DNA from: an uncultured Alphaproteobacteria bacterium | GTDB lineage: Bacteria > Pseudomonadota > Alphaproteobacteria > Rhizobiales > Xanthobacteraceae | NCBI GenBank assembly: GCA_963783115.1 | Contig: CAWAMK010000036.1 | Coordinates: forward strand, 98,703 to 162,702 | Length of the DNA stretch: 64,000 bases | Direction: 5' to 3' | Part shown: positions 47,675 to 61,102 of the stretch, piece after piece | Numbering within the stretch: the stretch's first letter is position 1 | Layout of the letters: every line of letters begins with the position of its first letter | Notes under the pieces: generated by a model | The model's input: the letters and a program-made list of their open reading frames with translations, nothing else | The model's database searches: none | Told to the model about the DNA's origin: nothing | Made by a program: the position numbers and the translations under genes

Positions 47675-47682
47675 GAGTCGGC

Positions 47683-49090
<1,408 letters not shown>

Positions 49091-49191
49091 ATCGGCTCCC
49101 GAAATCGTCAGTCAGTTTGTTCTGCGCTCGTTTGGTTTGTACGTAGCGAGGGGCGCAAAACCTGTCGCGGCTTTGCGTAATATTGGTTGGA

Positions 49192-50212
49192 TTACCGGTA
49201 GACGTCGGTCCAGAGCTCGGACGCATCGGGCTCGGGATCGCGCTGGGCGAAATCCGCCGACGCGTTGACGATCTCGCGCACCTCGGCGTCGATGGCCTTC
49301 AATTCCTGCTCGCTGACCTTTGCTGCCAGCAGGCGGTTGCGAACCTGCTCGATCGGGTCCTGATCGTGGCGGATCTTCTCGACCTCCTCGCGGGTCCGGT
49401 ACTTTGCCGGATCGGACATCGAGTGGCCGCGGTAGCGGTAGGTCTGCATTTCCAGGATGAACGGCCCCTTGCCGGCGCGGCACCAGGCGACCGCCTCGTC
49501 GCCCGCGGCCTTGACGGCGCGGACGTCCATGCCGTCGACCTGCTGGCCCGGAATGTTGAAGGAGATGCCGCGCTTGGAGAAATCGGTCTGCGCCGAGGAG
49601 CGCGTCACCGACGTGCCCATGGCGTAGCGGTTGTTCTCGATCACGTAGATCACCGGGAGCTTCCACAGCTCCGCCATGTTGAAGCTCTCGTAGACCTGGC
49701 CCTGGTTGGACGCGCCGTCGCCGAAATAGGCGACGCTGACGAAATCATTGCCGCGGTAGCGGTTGGCGAAGGCCAGCCCCGTCCCGAGCGAGACCTGGGC
49801 GCCGACGATGCCGTGGCCGCCGTAGAAATTCTTCTCCATGCTGAACATGTGCATGGAGCCGCCCTTGCCCTTGGAATAGCCGCCGCGGCGCCCGGTGAGT
49901 TCGGCCATCACGCCGTTGGCTTCCATCCCGCAGGCCAGCATGTGGCCGTGGTCGCGGTATCCGGTGATGACCTGATCGCCCTGCTTCAGGGCCATCTGCA
50001 TGCCGACGACGACGGCTTCCTGGCCGATATAGAGATGGCAGAAACCGCCGATCGCACCCATGCCGTAGAGCTGGCCGGCCTTCTCCTCGAAGCGGCGGAT
50101 CAGCAGCATGTCCCGCAGCGCGGCCAGTTCCTGCGCCTTGGTGAATTCCGGTGGAGACCCGTTTGCCTTTCTGCCCTGATTCCTTGTCGACGCTTTTCTT
50201 GGGTGCGGCCAT
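49192..50212 (-). CDS. pdhA: Pyruvate dehydrogenase E1 alpha (frameshift near N-terminus)
   Basis: GFCHLYIGQE, GDGASNQG..N ThDP motif, RYRGHSMSD. Confidence 0.96.
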
Positions 50213-50422
50213 GGCAAATCCGGATGAGAGAGACGGTCAACCCTCTCTATCCCAACTCAAACCCCCGCGAAAGGATTGCCTGCGCTGCAGGAAAATAATG
50301 CTATGCCGCAGTGCAGCGCGGCGCGACATTTTCGAAACTGATTTTGCGTTTTTTTGAAATTTGCGGACCGGCGAGCCGGCGCCGGCTCGGCGTAACCGGC
50401 GTGCGTGACAGCGGCCTGAAAA

Positions 50423-50740
50423 TCAGTTCGGCTTCAGCGTCCGGATCAGGTCGCGCGGATTGGCGTAGTCGAGCTGGTAGCGTGCCCGCTCGTCCAGCAT
50501 GTCGGGGTCGACCCGGTTGGAGCGCAGCAGCGAAACCCGCTGCTCGCCCTCCGCCCGCTCCCGCTTCAGCCGCGCCAGTTCCGAGGTCAGCGCGATGATC
50601 TCCTGATCGAGTTCCTGGCGCGCGTTCAGCCCGTATTTGCCGGTATAGGCGTTGATACCGAAATAGCCGACCATCAGCGCCGCCATCGTGTAGAGGGCGA
50701 GGCCGGTCAGGATGGATTTCAGGCGCGTGCGGGAGACCAT
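50423..50740 (-). CDS. ftsB: Septum formation initiator FtsB/DivIC
   Basis: TM helix, coiled coil, DPDMLDERAR; eno-ftsB-pdhA context. Confidence 0.85.
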   Translation of the reverse strand: MVSRTRLKSILTGLALYTMAALMVGYFGINAYTGKYGLNARQELDQEIIALTSELARLKRERAEGEQRVSLLRSNRVDPDMLDERARYQLDYANPRDLIRTLKPN

Positions 50741-50762
50741 GGGCCCAAGATGCGACGGCCGG

Positions 50763-50778
50763 GTTAATGGAATCCTAA
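50763..50778 (-). promoter_or_regulatory. CtrA-like box upstream of ftsB
   Basis: Minus strand TTAG-gattcca-TTAAC, one mismatch to TTAA-N7-TTAAC. Confidence 0.5.
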
Positions 50779-50835
50779 AACGCCCGATGGGGGCACGGGT
50801 CCCCCACCGTTATTGCCGGGCGGCCGTGAGCCCGT

Positions 50836-51390
50836 CTACCTGTTCTGCTTCTCGACGAACGCCGCATAGGCGTCGATATATTGCTGCAGCACCTTCTGCA
50901 GGGCTTCCTTGGTGAGCTGGCCTTTGTCGTCGAAGGCGTCGCCGACGCCGTTCAGGTAGATTTCGGGCTGGCCCATGATCGGACCGGAAATGCCCGGCAA
51001 GATGTTCTGCAGCGTCTTGGCCGCGCTGACGCCACCGAGCGGCCCGGGAGAGTTGCTGACGATGCCGATCGGCTTGCCGAGGAACGAGCTCTTGCCGTAA
51101 GGGCGCGAGGCGACGTCGATGGCGTTCTTCAACACGCCGGGGATCGCGCGGTTGTATTCGGGGGTCACGAACAGCACGCCATCCGACTTCTGCAGCTTTT
51201 CGCGGAACGCCAGCCAGTCGGCCGGGGGATTGGCTTCCAGATCCTGGTTGAAGAAGGAAATCCCTTCGAGCGTCGTCACGTCGAGCTTCAGCGAAGCCGG
51301 CGCCAGCTTTGCCAGCGCATTGGCGATCTTGAGCGAAAAGCTCTCCTTGCGAAGCGAGCCTACGATCGTGACGATGGTATGGGTGGCCAT
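50836..51390 (-). CDS. NAD(P)H-dependent FMN reductase (ChrR/YieF-like)
   Basis: GSLRKES, TPEYN, LKNAID.ASRPYG. Confidence 0.92.
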   Translation of the reverse strand: MATHTIVTIVGSLRKESFSLKIANALAKLAPASLKLDVTTLEGISFFNQDLEANPPADWLAFREKLQKSDGVLFVTPEYNRAIPGVLKNAIDVASRPYGKSSFLGKPIGIVSNSPGPLGGVSAAKTLQNILPGISGPIMGQPEIYLNGVGDAFDDKGQLTKEALQKVLQQYIDAYAAFVEKQNR

Positions 51391-51568
51391 GGATTATCCC
51401 TTTTGAAGCAAAAGCGCCTGCGCTCTCTTAAGCCGGATCGGCGGAAAGATGCAAGTGCATGAACAGCGACAGTTCCGGAAACGCATGCGTTTGCTTCGGG
51501 AGTATCATGCCGAACGAAGCAGGCCGCCCGCGCGGACCGCCTGCCCCGTCCGCATGCCGGTCGATGCG

Positions 51569-52706
51569 TCAGCCCTTGCTCGGGTTGATCAAGAACTTCT
51601 CGCCGGTGGAGCGCTTGTTGTAGACCGCGATGTTGGAGAGCTGCAGCGCCTCCTGCAGCGACACCACCTGCGTGTAGTGGCTGGCGAATGTCGTCTTGAG
51701 TTCGCTCGCCACGCGCTGGCGCAGGCGGCCGATTTCGGCGGGGCCGATCTTCTGCAGGAACGGCGTCAGCAGCCAGCCGCCAACCGCCCAGGTCAGACCG
51801 AAAGCACGGCTCAACTCGGTCGGACCCGTATTCGAGACTGCCATAGATATAGACCTGCTTGAACACGTTGGAGCCGTAGCGGCTGTATTCCTTGGCGGTC
51901 TTGTTGGCCGCGACCTCCATGCAGGTGAGGATCTGGCCCGCCAGCTTGCCGCCGCCGATGGCGTCGAACGCGATCGTGGCGCCGGTTTCCACCAGCGCGG
52001 CGGTCAGATCGTCCATGAAGGTATCAGCGCTGGAATCGACGACATATTTGGCGCCGATCTTGTGCAGGATGTCGGCCTGCTCCTTGCTGCGCACGATGTT
52101 GACGAGGCCGATGCCGTCCTTGATGCAGATCTTGTTGAGCATCTGCCCGAGGTTCGAGGCGGCGGCGGTGTGCACCAGCGCCTTGTGGTTTTCGCGCCGC
52201 ATGGTCTCGGTCATGCCGAGCGCGGTCAGCGGATTGACGAACCATGACGCGCCGTCGGCGGGCGTGGCGCCCGCCGGGATCTCCATCACATCCCGCACCT
52301 TCACGGTGCGGTACTGCGTATACATCGCGCCGCCGATCATCGAGACGTTCTTGCCCATCAGCGCCTTCGCAGCATCCGAGGCCCCGGTCCGGATCACGAC
52401 GCCGGCGCCCTCGTTGCCGACCGGGAGCGACTGGTCGAGCCGCCCCGCCATCATCCGCATGGCCGCATCGGGCATTTTGGCGGTGACCACGGGCGCGTCC
52501 TTGCCGCCGGAAACCTTGGCGGTCGACATGTCGGCCGGGCCGATCAGGAGCCCGAGATCGGACGGGTTGATCGGCGTCGCCTCGACGCGGACCACGACCT
52601 CGTCGTCGGCCGGCTCAGGCGTCGGAATGTTCACCAGCGACAGTTCGAGTTCGCCGCTCTTCTTGAGCAGCGAACGCAGTTGAAGCCCGCTCTTGCCGTC
52701 GCTCAT
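51569..52706 (-). CDS. MDR-family (quinone oxidoreductase-like) dehydrogenase (frameshift near 51835)
   Basis: PINPSDL, GNEGAG, VNPLTA, HTAAASNLG. Confidence 0.8.
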
Positions 52707-52736
52707 CGCACGTCTCCCCCAATTTTGTGTTGGTTA

Positions 52737-54798
<2,062 letters not shown>

Positions 54799-55155
54799 AC
54801 CATCCGATGGTCCCTGCCCTCATGTCCGGTCGGCACCTCGCCAAGGCGCGCCATCACGGGATCAGAAGTCAGGGTTACACCAGAAATGCGTCCGATAAAT
54901 CGGTCAGATTGTCGATGACCCGAGCGGTGCAGCGGCCGCCGGTGATGCGCTATGACGCGGCCAGTCTGGCGGCCGTGCTCGGTCCGCGGTTTCGGCTGCT
55001 GGCAAGCCGTGTAGAGGAGCACCGGACGCCCTGGGATGCCTCCCAGATTTTCCAGTTCAGCAGGTTTTCATTTGCCGCTGCGAGCGCGGAAGCTGGTCCT
55101 TCCCGCGCCTGACCAAGCCAGATCTTCGTCAAAGTATTGCGACGTTGTCACGGTC

Positions 55156-56388
55156 TCAGTGCCCGCTCAGCACCAGCGTCTTGATCGGCAGCAGCAGCGC
55201 CTGAATGCGCAGCAGCATCGCGTGGACAAGCCCAGTCGCATCGACGACATGCAACCCGAAGCTCTTGAACGTGCTGAGTTTGCCCGACGCGATCAGCTCG
55301 TGATTGCTGGTGTAGGCGTTGGCGATACAACTGCTGCCGGGCGTCACGCCCTCCAGCCCGCCCTTGAAGATCGGCTCCATGAAAACGAGAATGGTGCCCG
55401 GACGCGCGGTGTTTTGCACCTCGAGCAGCTGCTCGCCGCCCCTGAACTGGCCCGCCGCGATGTAATCCTGCACGTCGGTGATCACCATCGGAATGATTGT
55501 CCACGGCTTGGAAATGCAGGTAGCCTCGGCCACCATTCCGACTTTCATGACCTGTCGTCGATCTGGCCGAATCCCGCCGAAGTGAGCGTCGCCCGGCACC
55601 TTCGGGAATCAGTACGCCGGCGGATCGTATCATGGGATTGACGATGTCGCCCGGCCGCAGCAGGAATTGCTCGACACGGCCATCCACGCCGGCGCGAATG
55701 AAGGTCTTGTCGAGATCGACCTGCGCTTCGGCGAGCGCTGCTTCTGCGCTTGCCTTCTCTGCGGGGAGAAGCGCGCTCAGCCGCGTCGTCGCGGATTGTT
55801 TGGAAGCGGTCGCGGCGTCGAGGGAGCCCTGACGGCCCGCGACGGCCACTTCGAGCTTTTCGATATCGCGCTGCGGCACGATGCCCGGATTGCGCTTCTG
55901 CAGTTCGCGCTTGACGTCGAGTTCGTCGTTAGCCTGCTGCAGCGAGCTCTTGGCTTCCTGAAGCTGGCCTTCCGCCTTCAGGATATCGGCCTGTGCTGCC
56001 AGCATCGATGCGTCGACTTCGGCGATCTTGCGCCTGGCCGTCTCCAGCGACGCCTGCTGCTTGGAATTGTCCAGCCTGAAGATCACGTCGCCTTTCTTCA
56101 CCGGCGCGCTGAAATCGACGTGAACTTCCGCAACCCGGCCGATGGTCTCGGGGATGATCGGCACGGTACGGATAGTACAACGTCGCCGACGTGGTCGACG
56201 GGTGAAAGTAGAAGATCATCGTGATCAGCGAGACCGTGAGCATCAGGCAGGCGACGATGCCGTATCGCAGTTCGAACCAGACCGAATAGAGCGTGATTTC
56301 GTGGCCGATGCGCTTGCCCTGCCGATAGCGGCGATAGAGATAGTCCGGCAGGATCGTCAGCAGCGAACAGAGGATGCAGCTCAAGCAT
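55156..56388 (-). CDS. HlyD-family membrane fusion protein (YibH-like; frameshifts)
   Basis: N-terminal TMs, GRVAEVHV...VKKGDVIF, coiled coil, IRAGVDGRV. Confidence 0.8.
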
Positions 56389-56849
56389 GGCTGTGCACCT
56401 CGCTCTTGGCGCCAGCGGCCTTCTCGATGCGGGCCTTGGCCTCGTCGGTTGCGGCAGCGTGCGCAGCGTCGCCAACTGGCGGCTCGGTCGGGTCCTGTTC
56501 AGGCGGAACGCCGGCCATCTTCTCGACCGATCCGGCGATCCGGCGCAGCGGCGTGCTGAAGTCCGGCAGGTCGATCATGGCGAGGAACAGGCCGATCACC
56601 CAGTACAGGTGGTTGTGCGTGAACAGCGACAGCAGGCCGAGCACGGCCACGATTTCAAACTGGAACTTCTGCGACTTGTGGGCCATCCGCTCTGGCAGCG
56701 AGTGCAGGTGCAAATAGAAATTACCGACCGCGAGAACGGCAACGATCAGAAAAATGCCGACCGCGACCATCAGAACGTCGGTGTCGCCTGGCGCCGTGAT
56801 GAAGGACCGGCAGGTGATGGGGCGCGCTGGGATGAATCGACTCGCTCAG
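56381..56849 (-). CDS. DUF3302/YibI-like membrane protein (probable CTG start; frameshift near 56810)
   Basis: LHSLPERMAH, LGLLSLFTHNHLYWV; GGAGG RBS; overlaps the HlyD start. Confidence 0.65.
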
Positions 56850-57018
56850 GGCAATCCTCCGTCCTGCACGGACTAACGCATCGGGTCGATCGACGCCGCC
56901 TGATCTTTGCACAATATCGGGGCTTGGCAAGTGCCGAACGTGTCCACTGCAACGCAAGAGCGGCTGACCTCGGTCATTCGCGTTGAACCAGACGGCCCAT
57001 TACGGCAGACCACCATAC

Positions 57019-57995
57019 ATGCACAATACCTTATTCTGCCGTTCTCGGACTGATTGCCCCGCTCTGCCTCGCCGCGACGATCGCGATCGCCGCACCGCCC
57101 GCCAAGACCGCCGAAGACCGCTACATCGCCGCGCGCGACGCCGCGATCCAGAAAATCTCGGCGATCTACGATGCCGGCAACCGCGACGAAGACGCGCGCA
57201 AGGCCGAGGAAGCCGCCAGCGCCGATCTCCTGGAGCAGATGCGCGTCATTCTCAGCGAGCCCGACCGCGACGGTTTTGGTCCGGCCGAAGCTGAACGTCG
57301 ACACCTTCTCCAAAGGCGACGAAGGTTTTGGCACGCTCGACGGGCTGCGGTTCGATGCAAAGCTCGGCAGCAACGGCGAGACGGCGGGCCAGAACGGCGC
57401 CGACGGCAAGTATGTCGAGCCGAAGTCGCATATCATCATCACCACGCGATCGCTGTTCGAACGCTGGCTGCGCGCGCACAAGGACTGGTGGGGCAAGAAA
57501 ACCAAAAACGTGCCGCAGCAGATCGGCGCGGCACTGAAGGACGAGAGCTTTTACACCCAGGCGACATCGAGCGGCGCCGCGGTGGTGAATTTCAATTCGC
57601 TGCCGATCGAAAAGCCGGCCGGCGCGAGCTTCGCCCACGCCATGCTGGCCGGGCGAACCCAATCCGAACTTCCCGACGCCGCCGACCATGTGTTCGTCTC
57701 GGCGATCGCCAATGGCAAGGTCTACATCGCCTATGGATCGATCGATCCGCCGGTGCAGGTACCGGACTGCCTCGCCATCCGGAGCGACTACATCAAGAAG
57801 GCCGAACAGGCAGCAGACGACCTGAGTTCTGGAAAAATCGGCCGCAAGGCCTACGATAAACTCGGCGACATCAGACAAAAGGGCGACGACGCCTACAAGC
57901 GTTGTTTCACCCAGAATGCGCCAAATCGGCCGTTCTTCGCCGAGGCCGGGCGGCAGGCGGAGAGGTTATTGTCGGCAGCCCTCAATACGCGCTGA
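57019..57995 (+). CDS. Exported hypothetical protein (frameshifts)
   Basis: Signal-like LGLIAPLCLAATIAIAA, then EDRYIAARD; main frame KLNVDTFSKGDEGFG...SAALNTR. Confidence 0.65.
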
Positions 57996-58020
57996 GCAGG
58001 TCGACCTCGGCGTTGGCGAG
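57970..58020 (+). repeat. Left copy of the 51-bp imperfect direct repeat bounding the islet
   Basis: 45/51 identical to 61052-61102 by manual alignment; minus strand reads LANAEVDLLSAY*. Confidence 0.9.
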
Positions 58021-58083
58021 TGGCGAGACCAAGGACAATCGAAAACGTACTCCATCAGGAGCCGTGCAGGCAGGTCGATCGAC

Positions 58084-58097
58084 TTGATCTGGATCAA
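58084..58097. promoter_or_regulatory. FNR/FixK box
   Basis: Perfect TTGAT-ctgg-ATCAA about 107 bp upstream of ATG 58204. Confidence 0.85.
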
Positions 58098-58203
58098 CAC
58101 CTGTCCGCTCTACAGGAAGACTAAAAAGCCGAATACCTATGCTCGCGTAGAAGCCGTCGTCGCATCCCCGGATAGTGAGCGTTCCCTTTGTGAGCGAGTG
58201 CGC

Positions 58204-61005
58204 ATGAGCGAGGCCGACGAGAGCCAATACCGCCTTCAGGCAGTCCTCGACACGGCGGTTGACGGCATCATCACGATCGACGAGCACGGGATCATACAGA
58301 GCGCCAACCCGGCCGTGGGCAGGCTTTTCGGATTCGCGTCTGCAGCCGAACTGGTTGGCCGCAACGTCTCAATTCTCATGCCGGCCAGCCATGGCCAACA
58401 ACACGACGAATATATCGCACGCTACATACGGACGGGCGAGGCACGGGTCGTCGGGATCGGGCGCGAGCTCGAAGCTGTGCGGCGTGACGGCTCCATCTTC
58501 CCGATCGAGCTGGCCGTCAGCGAGGTGCCCGGAGACGGCGCGCGGCATTTTACCGGTATCATCCGGGACATCAGTGCACGCAAGCAGGCCGAGCAGGCCC
58601 TGCGCGAGAGCCAGGCGCGGATCCAGGCCGTTCTGAATACGGCCGTGGACGGCATCCTGACAATCGATCAGCGTGGCATCATCGAGAGCGCCAACCCGTC
58701 CGCTGGCCGCCTGTTCGGCTACGATCCGGCGGAACTCATTGGCCAAAACATATCGATGCTGATGCCGGCGGAGCATGCCAAGGCTCATGACGGCTATATC
58801 GAACGCTATCTCAGAACCGGCGAAGCACGCATTGTGGGCATCGGCCGGGAGGTGGAGGGACTGCGACGCGACGGGTCGACCTTTCCGGCAGATCTCGCGG
58901 TGAGCGAGGTGCGCTTCGGTGACCAGCTTCGTTTCACCGGCATCATCCGGGACATCACCGTTCGAAAAAATGCAGAACAGGCCCTGCTCAGGGCCGACGC
59001 CATGAAGGACGAATTTCTCGCCAATACGTCGCACGAGCTGCGGACGCCCCTCAACGGCATCATCGGGATTGGCCAATCGATGCTGGACGGGGCAACCGGC
59101 CCGCTGAGCGAAGAGCAGCAGCGCAATCTCGGTATGGTCGTCGCCAGCGGCCGGCGCCTCGCCAGCCTCGTCAATGACATCCTGGATTTCTCGAAGCTGC
59201 GTCACGAGACGGTCGAGCTGCGCCGTCGACCTACCGATATTCATGCTCTCACGGAGCTTGTTCTGGCGATTTCCCGCACCCTCGTGGGCAAACGCGCGCT
59301 GCGCCTGTTCAACCGGATCGATGCTCAGGTTCCCCTGGTCGAGGTGGACGAAGACCGCGTACAGCAGATCCTGTTCAACCTGGTCGGTAACGCGGTCAAG
59401 TTCACGCCGGCCGGCGTCGTCGAGGTCTCGGCAAAGGTGCGGGACGAATGGCTGGATTTGACGGTGAGCGACACCGGAGCCGGCATCAGCGCCGAACGGC
59501 TCGAGACGATATTCGAATCGTTTTCGCAGGGCGATGGATCCGCCGCGCGCGAACAGGGCGGCACCGGTCTTGGGTTGGCCATCAGCAGGCAGCTGGCTGA
59601 GCTTCATGGCGGAAGCATCAACGTGACATCGGCCGTCGGTGTCGGATCGCAATTTACACTTTCGCTTCCGCTAAGCCCGACCACGCGAGAGATGCTGACA
59701 CTCGAAAGCCGGCCGGACGAAGCTGTCAGCCGAATCCTTCCGGATGTTGAATTGAACCGGAGGACGGCGGGAGCCGGCGCACGATCATCCGCCGGTGCCG
59801 GCCTGCGGGTTCTGGTGGTGGACGACGAGCCGGTAAATGTTCAGGCTCTGGTGAATTTCCTGACCCTGGCAAAGTATGACGTCGTCACGGCCGCGGACGG
59901 GCAAGAGGCGCTTGATCTTCTGGCAGGGGAAAGACCGTGCGACATCGTCCTGCTCGACGTGATGATGCCGAAGCTGTCGGGCTTCGATGTCTGCCAGCGC
60001 ATTCGTGAACATTACTCGCCCGCGGAACTGCCGGTGATCCTGCTGACGGCCAAGAACCGCGTCTCGGACCTCGTCATGGGGTTCGGCGTGGGAGCAAATG
60101 ATTATCTGACCAAGCCCTTTGCCAGCGACGAACTGCTGGCCCGCGTCAGTGTCCATCTCGAACTCGCCAAGATCAGCGACAGCTATTCGAGGTTCGTACC
60201 CCGGCAGTTTCTGGAGCAACTGGGCAAGGAGCGCATCGTCGATGTTGCGCTTGGCGACCAGGTGCAGCGCGAAATGACCGTGCTTTTCTCGGACATCCGC
60301 AACTTCACCCAAATGTCGGAAGGCATGAGCCCCGCGGAAACGTTCGGATTCGTGAACCAGTATCTCGGCGCGATGGAGCCTGCCATCTCGGGCCATAGCG
60401 GGGTCATCGACAAATTTGTCGGTGACGCCGTCATGGCGCTGTTTCCTCGCCGGGCCGACGATGCCGTACAGGGAGCGCTGGACATGATCCGGCGGCTGGA
60501 GGCCTGGAATGCACAGCGGGTCGACAGAAGCGAGCCGCCGGTCAAGATCGGCATCGGTCTGCATACCGGGAGCCTGATGCTCGGTACGGTGGGTGCGCGT
60601 GACCGGATGGATACCACCGTCATCTCGGACGCGGTAAACCTCGCCTCTCGCGTCGAGGGCCTCACCAAGACCTACCGCGTTCCGCTGATCATCACCGAGG
60701 CGACCTTCCTCGCGCTGAACAATCCCGCAGACGTTTCGGTTCGCCGAATCGACCAGGTTCTCGTTCAGGGAAAATCGCAGCCTGTCGTGCTCTACGAGGT
60801 GCTGGACGCCTGCGACCTGCCAGCCCGACAGGCGAAACAGCGCGCACTGGCGGACTTCGAAAAGGGCGAGGCGCTTTACGAGGCCCGGGACTTCTCAGGC
60901 GCCATCGGTTATCTGGAGCGCGCCTTGGCTCGCAATCCATCGGACACAGTTGTCGAGGTGCTGCTCGAACGTGCTCACCGCTTCTCCGGGACAGCGGAGG
61001 AATGA
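58204..61005 (+). CDS. Hybrid sensor: PAS-PAS-HisKA-HATPase-REC-class III adenylate cyclase-TPR-like
   Basis: Two FixL-like PAS domains (HDEYI..GIGRE; HDGYI..GIGRE), H box SHELRTPL, N/G1/G2 boxes, REC DD..D..T..KP, cyclase FSDIRNFT / DKFVGDA / DAVNLASR; intact ORF. Confidence 0.92.
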   Translation: MSEADESQYRLQAVLDTAVDGIITIDEHGIIQSANPAVGRLFGFASAAELVGRNVSILMPASHGQQHDEYIARYIRTGEARVVGIGRELEAVRRDGSIFPIELAVSEVPGDGARHFTGIIRDISARKQAEQALRESQARIQAVLNTAVDGILTIDQRGIIESANPSAGRLFGYDPAELIGQNISMLMPAEHAKAHDGYIERYLRTGEARIVGIGREVEGLRRDGSTFPADLAVSEVRFGDQLRFTGIIRDITVRKNAEQALLRADAMKDEFLANTSHELRTPLNGIIGIGQSMLDGATGPLSEEQQRNLGMVVASGRRLASLVNDILDFSKLRHETVELRRRPTDIHALTELVLAISRTLVGKRALRLFNRIDAQVPLVEVDEDRVQQILFNLVGNAVKFTPAGVVEVSAKVRDEWLDLTVSDTGAGISAERLETIFESFSQGDGSAAREQGGTGLGLAISRQLAELHGGSINVTSAVGVGSQFTLSLPLSPTTREMLTLESRPDEAVSRILPDVELNRRTAGAGARSSAGAGLRVLVVDDEPVNVQALVNFLTLAKYDVVTAADGQEALDLLAGERPCDIVLLDVMMPKLSGFDVCQRIREHYSPAELPVILLTAKNRVSDLVMGFGVGANDYLTKPFASDELLARVSVHLELAKISDSYSRFVPRQFLEQLGKERIVDVALGDQVQREMTVLFSDIRNFTQMSEGMSPAETFGFVNQYLGAMEPAISGHSGVIDKFVGDAVMALFPRRADDAVQGALDMIRRLEAWNAQRVDRSEPPVKIGIGLHTGSLMLGTVGARDRMDTTVISDAVNLASRVEGLTKTYRVPLIITEATFLALNNPADVSVRRIDQVLVQGKSQPVVLYEVLDACDLPARQAKQRALADFEKGEALYEARDFSGAIGYLERALARNPSDTVVEVLLERAHRFSGTAEE

Positions 61006-61051
61006 TCTCGAAGCCTGGTCGCATCAATCCGGATTTGGCTACGTGCCAATG

Positions 61052-61102
61052 TGTCCGCGGCGCTCAATACGCGCTGAGCAGATCGACCTTGGCATTGGCG
61101 AG
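61052..61102 (+). repeat. Right copy of the 51-bp direct repeat (contains the glsA stop)
   Basis: tgtccgcggcgctcaatacgcgctgagcagatcgaccttggcattggcgag. Confidence 0.9.

Noticed and set aside
57916-58203. 96-aa N-terminal extension of the hybrid kinase and antisense ORF 57982-58287
   Set aside because: Spans the duplication scar and the FixK promoter; ATG 58204 directly precedes PAS1; the antisense ORF only reuses the duplicated glsA end
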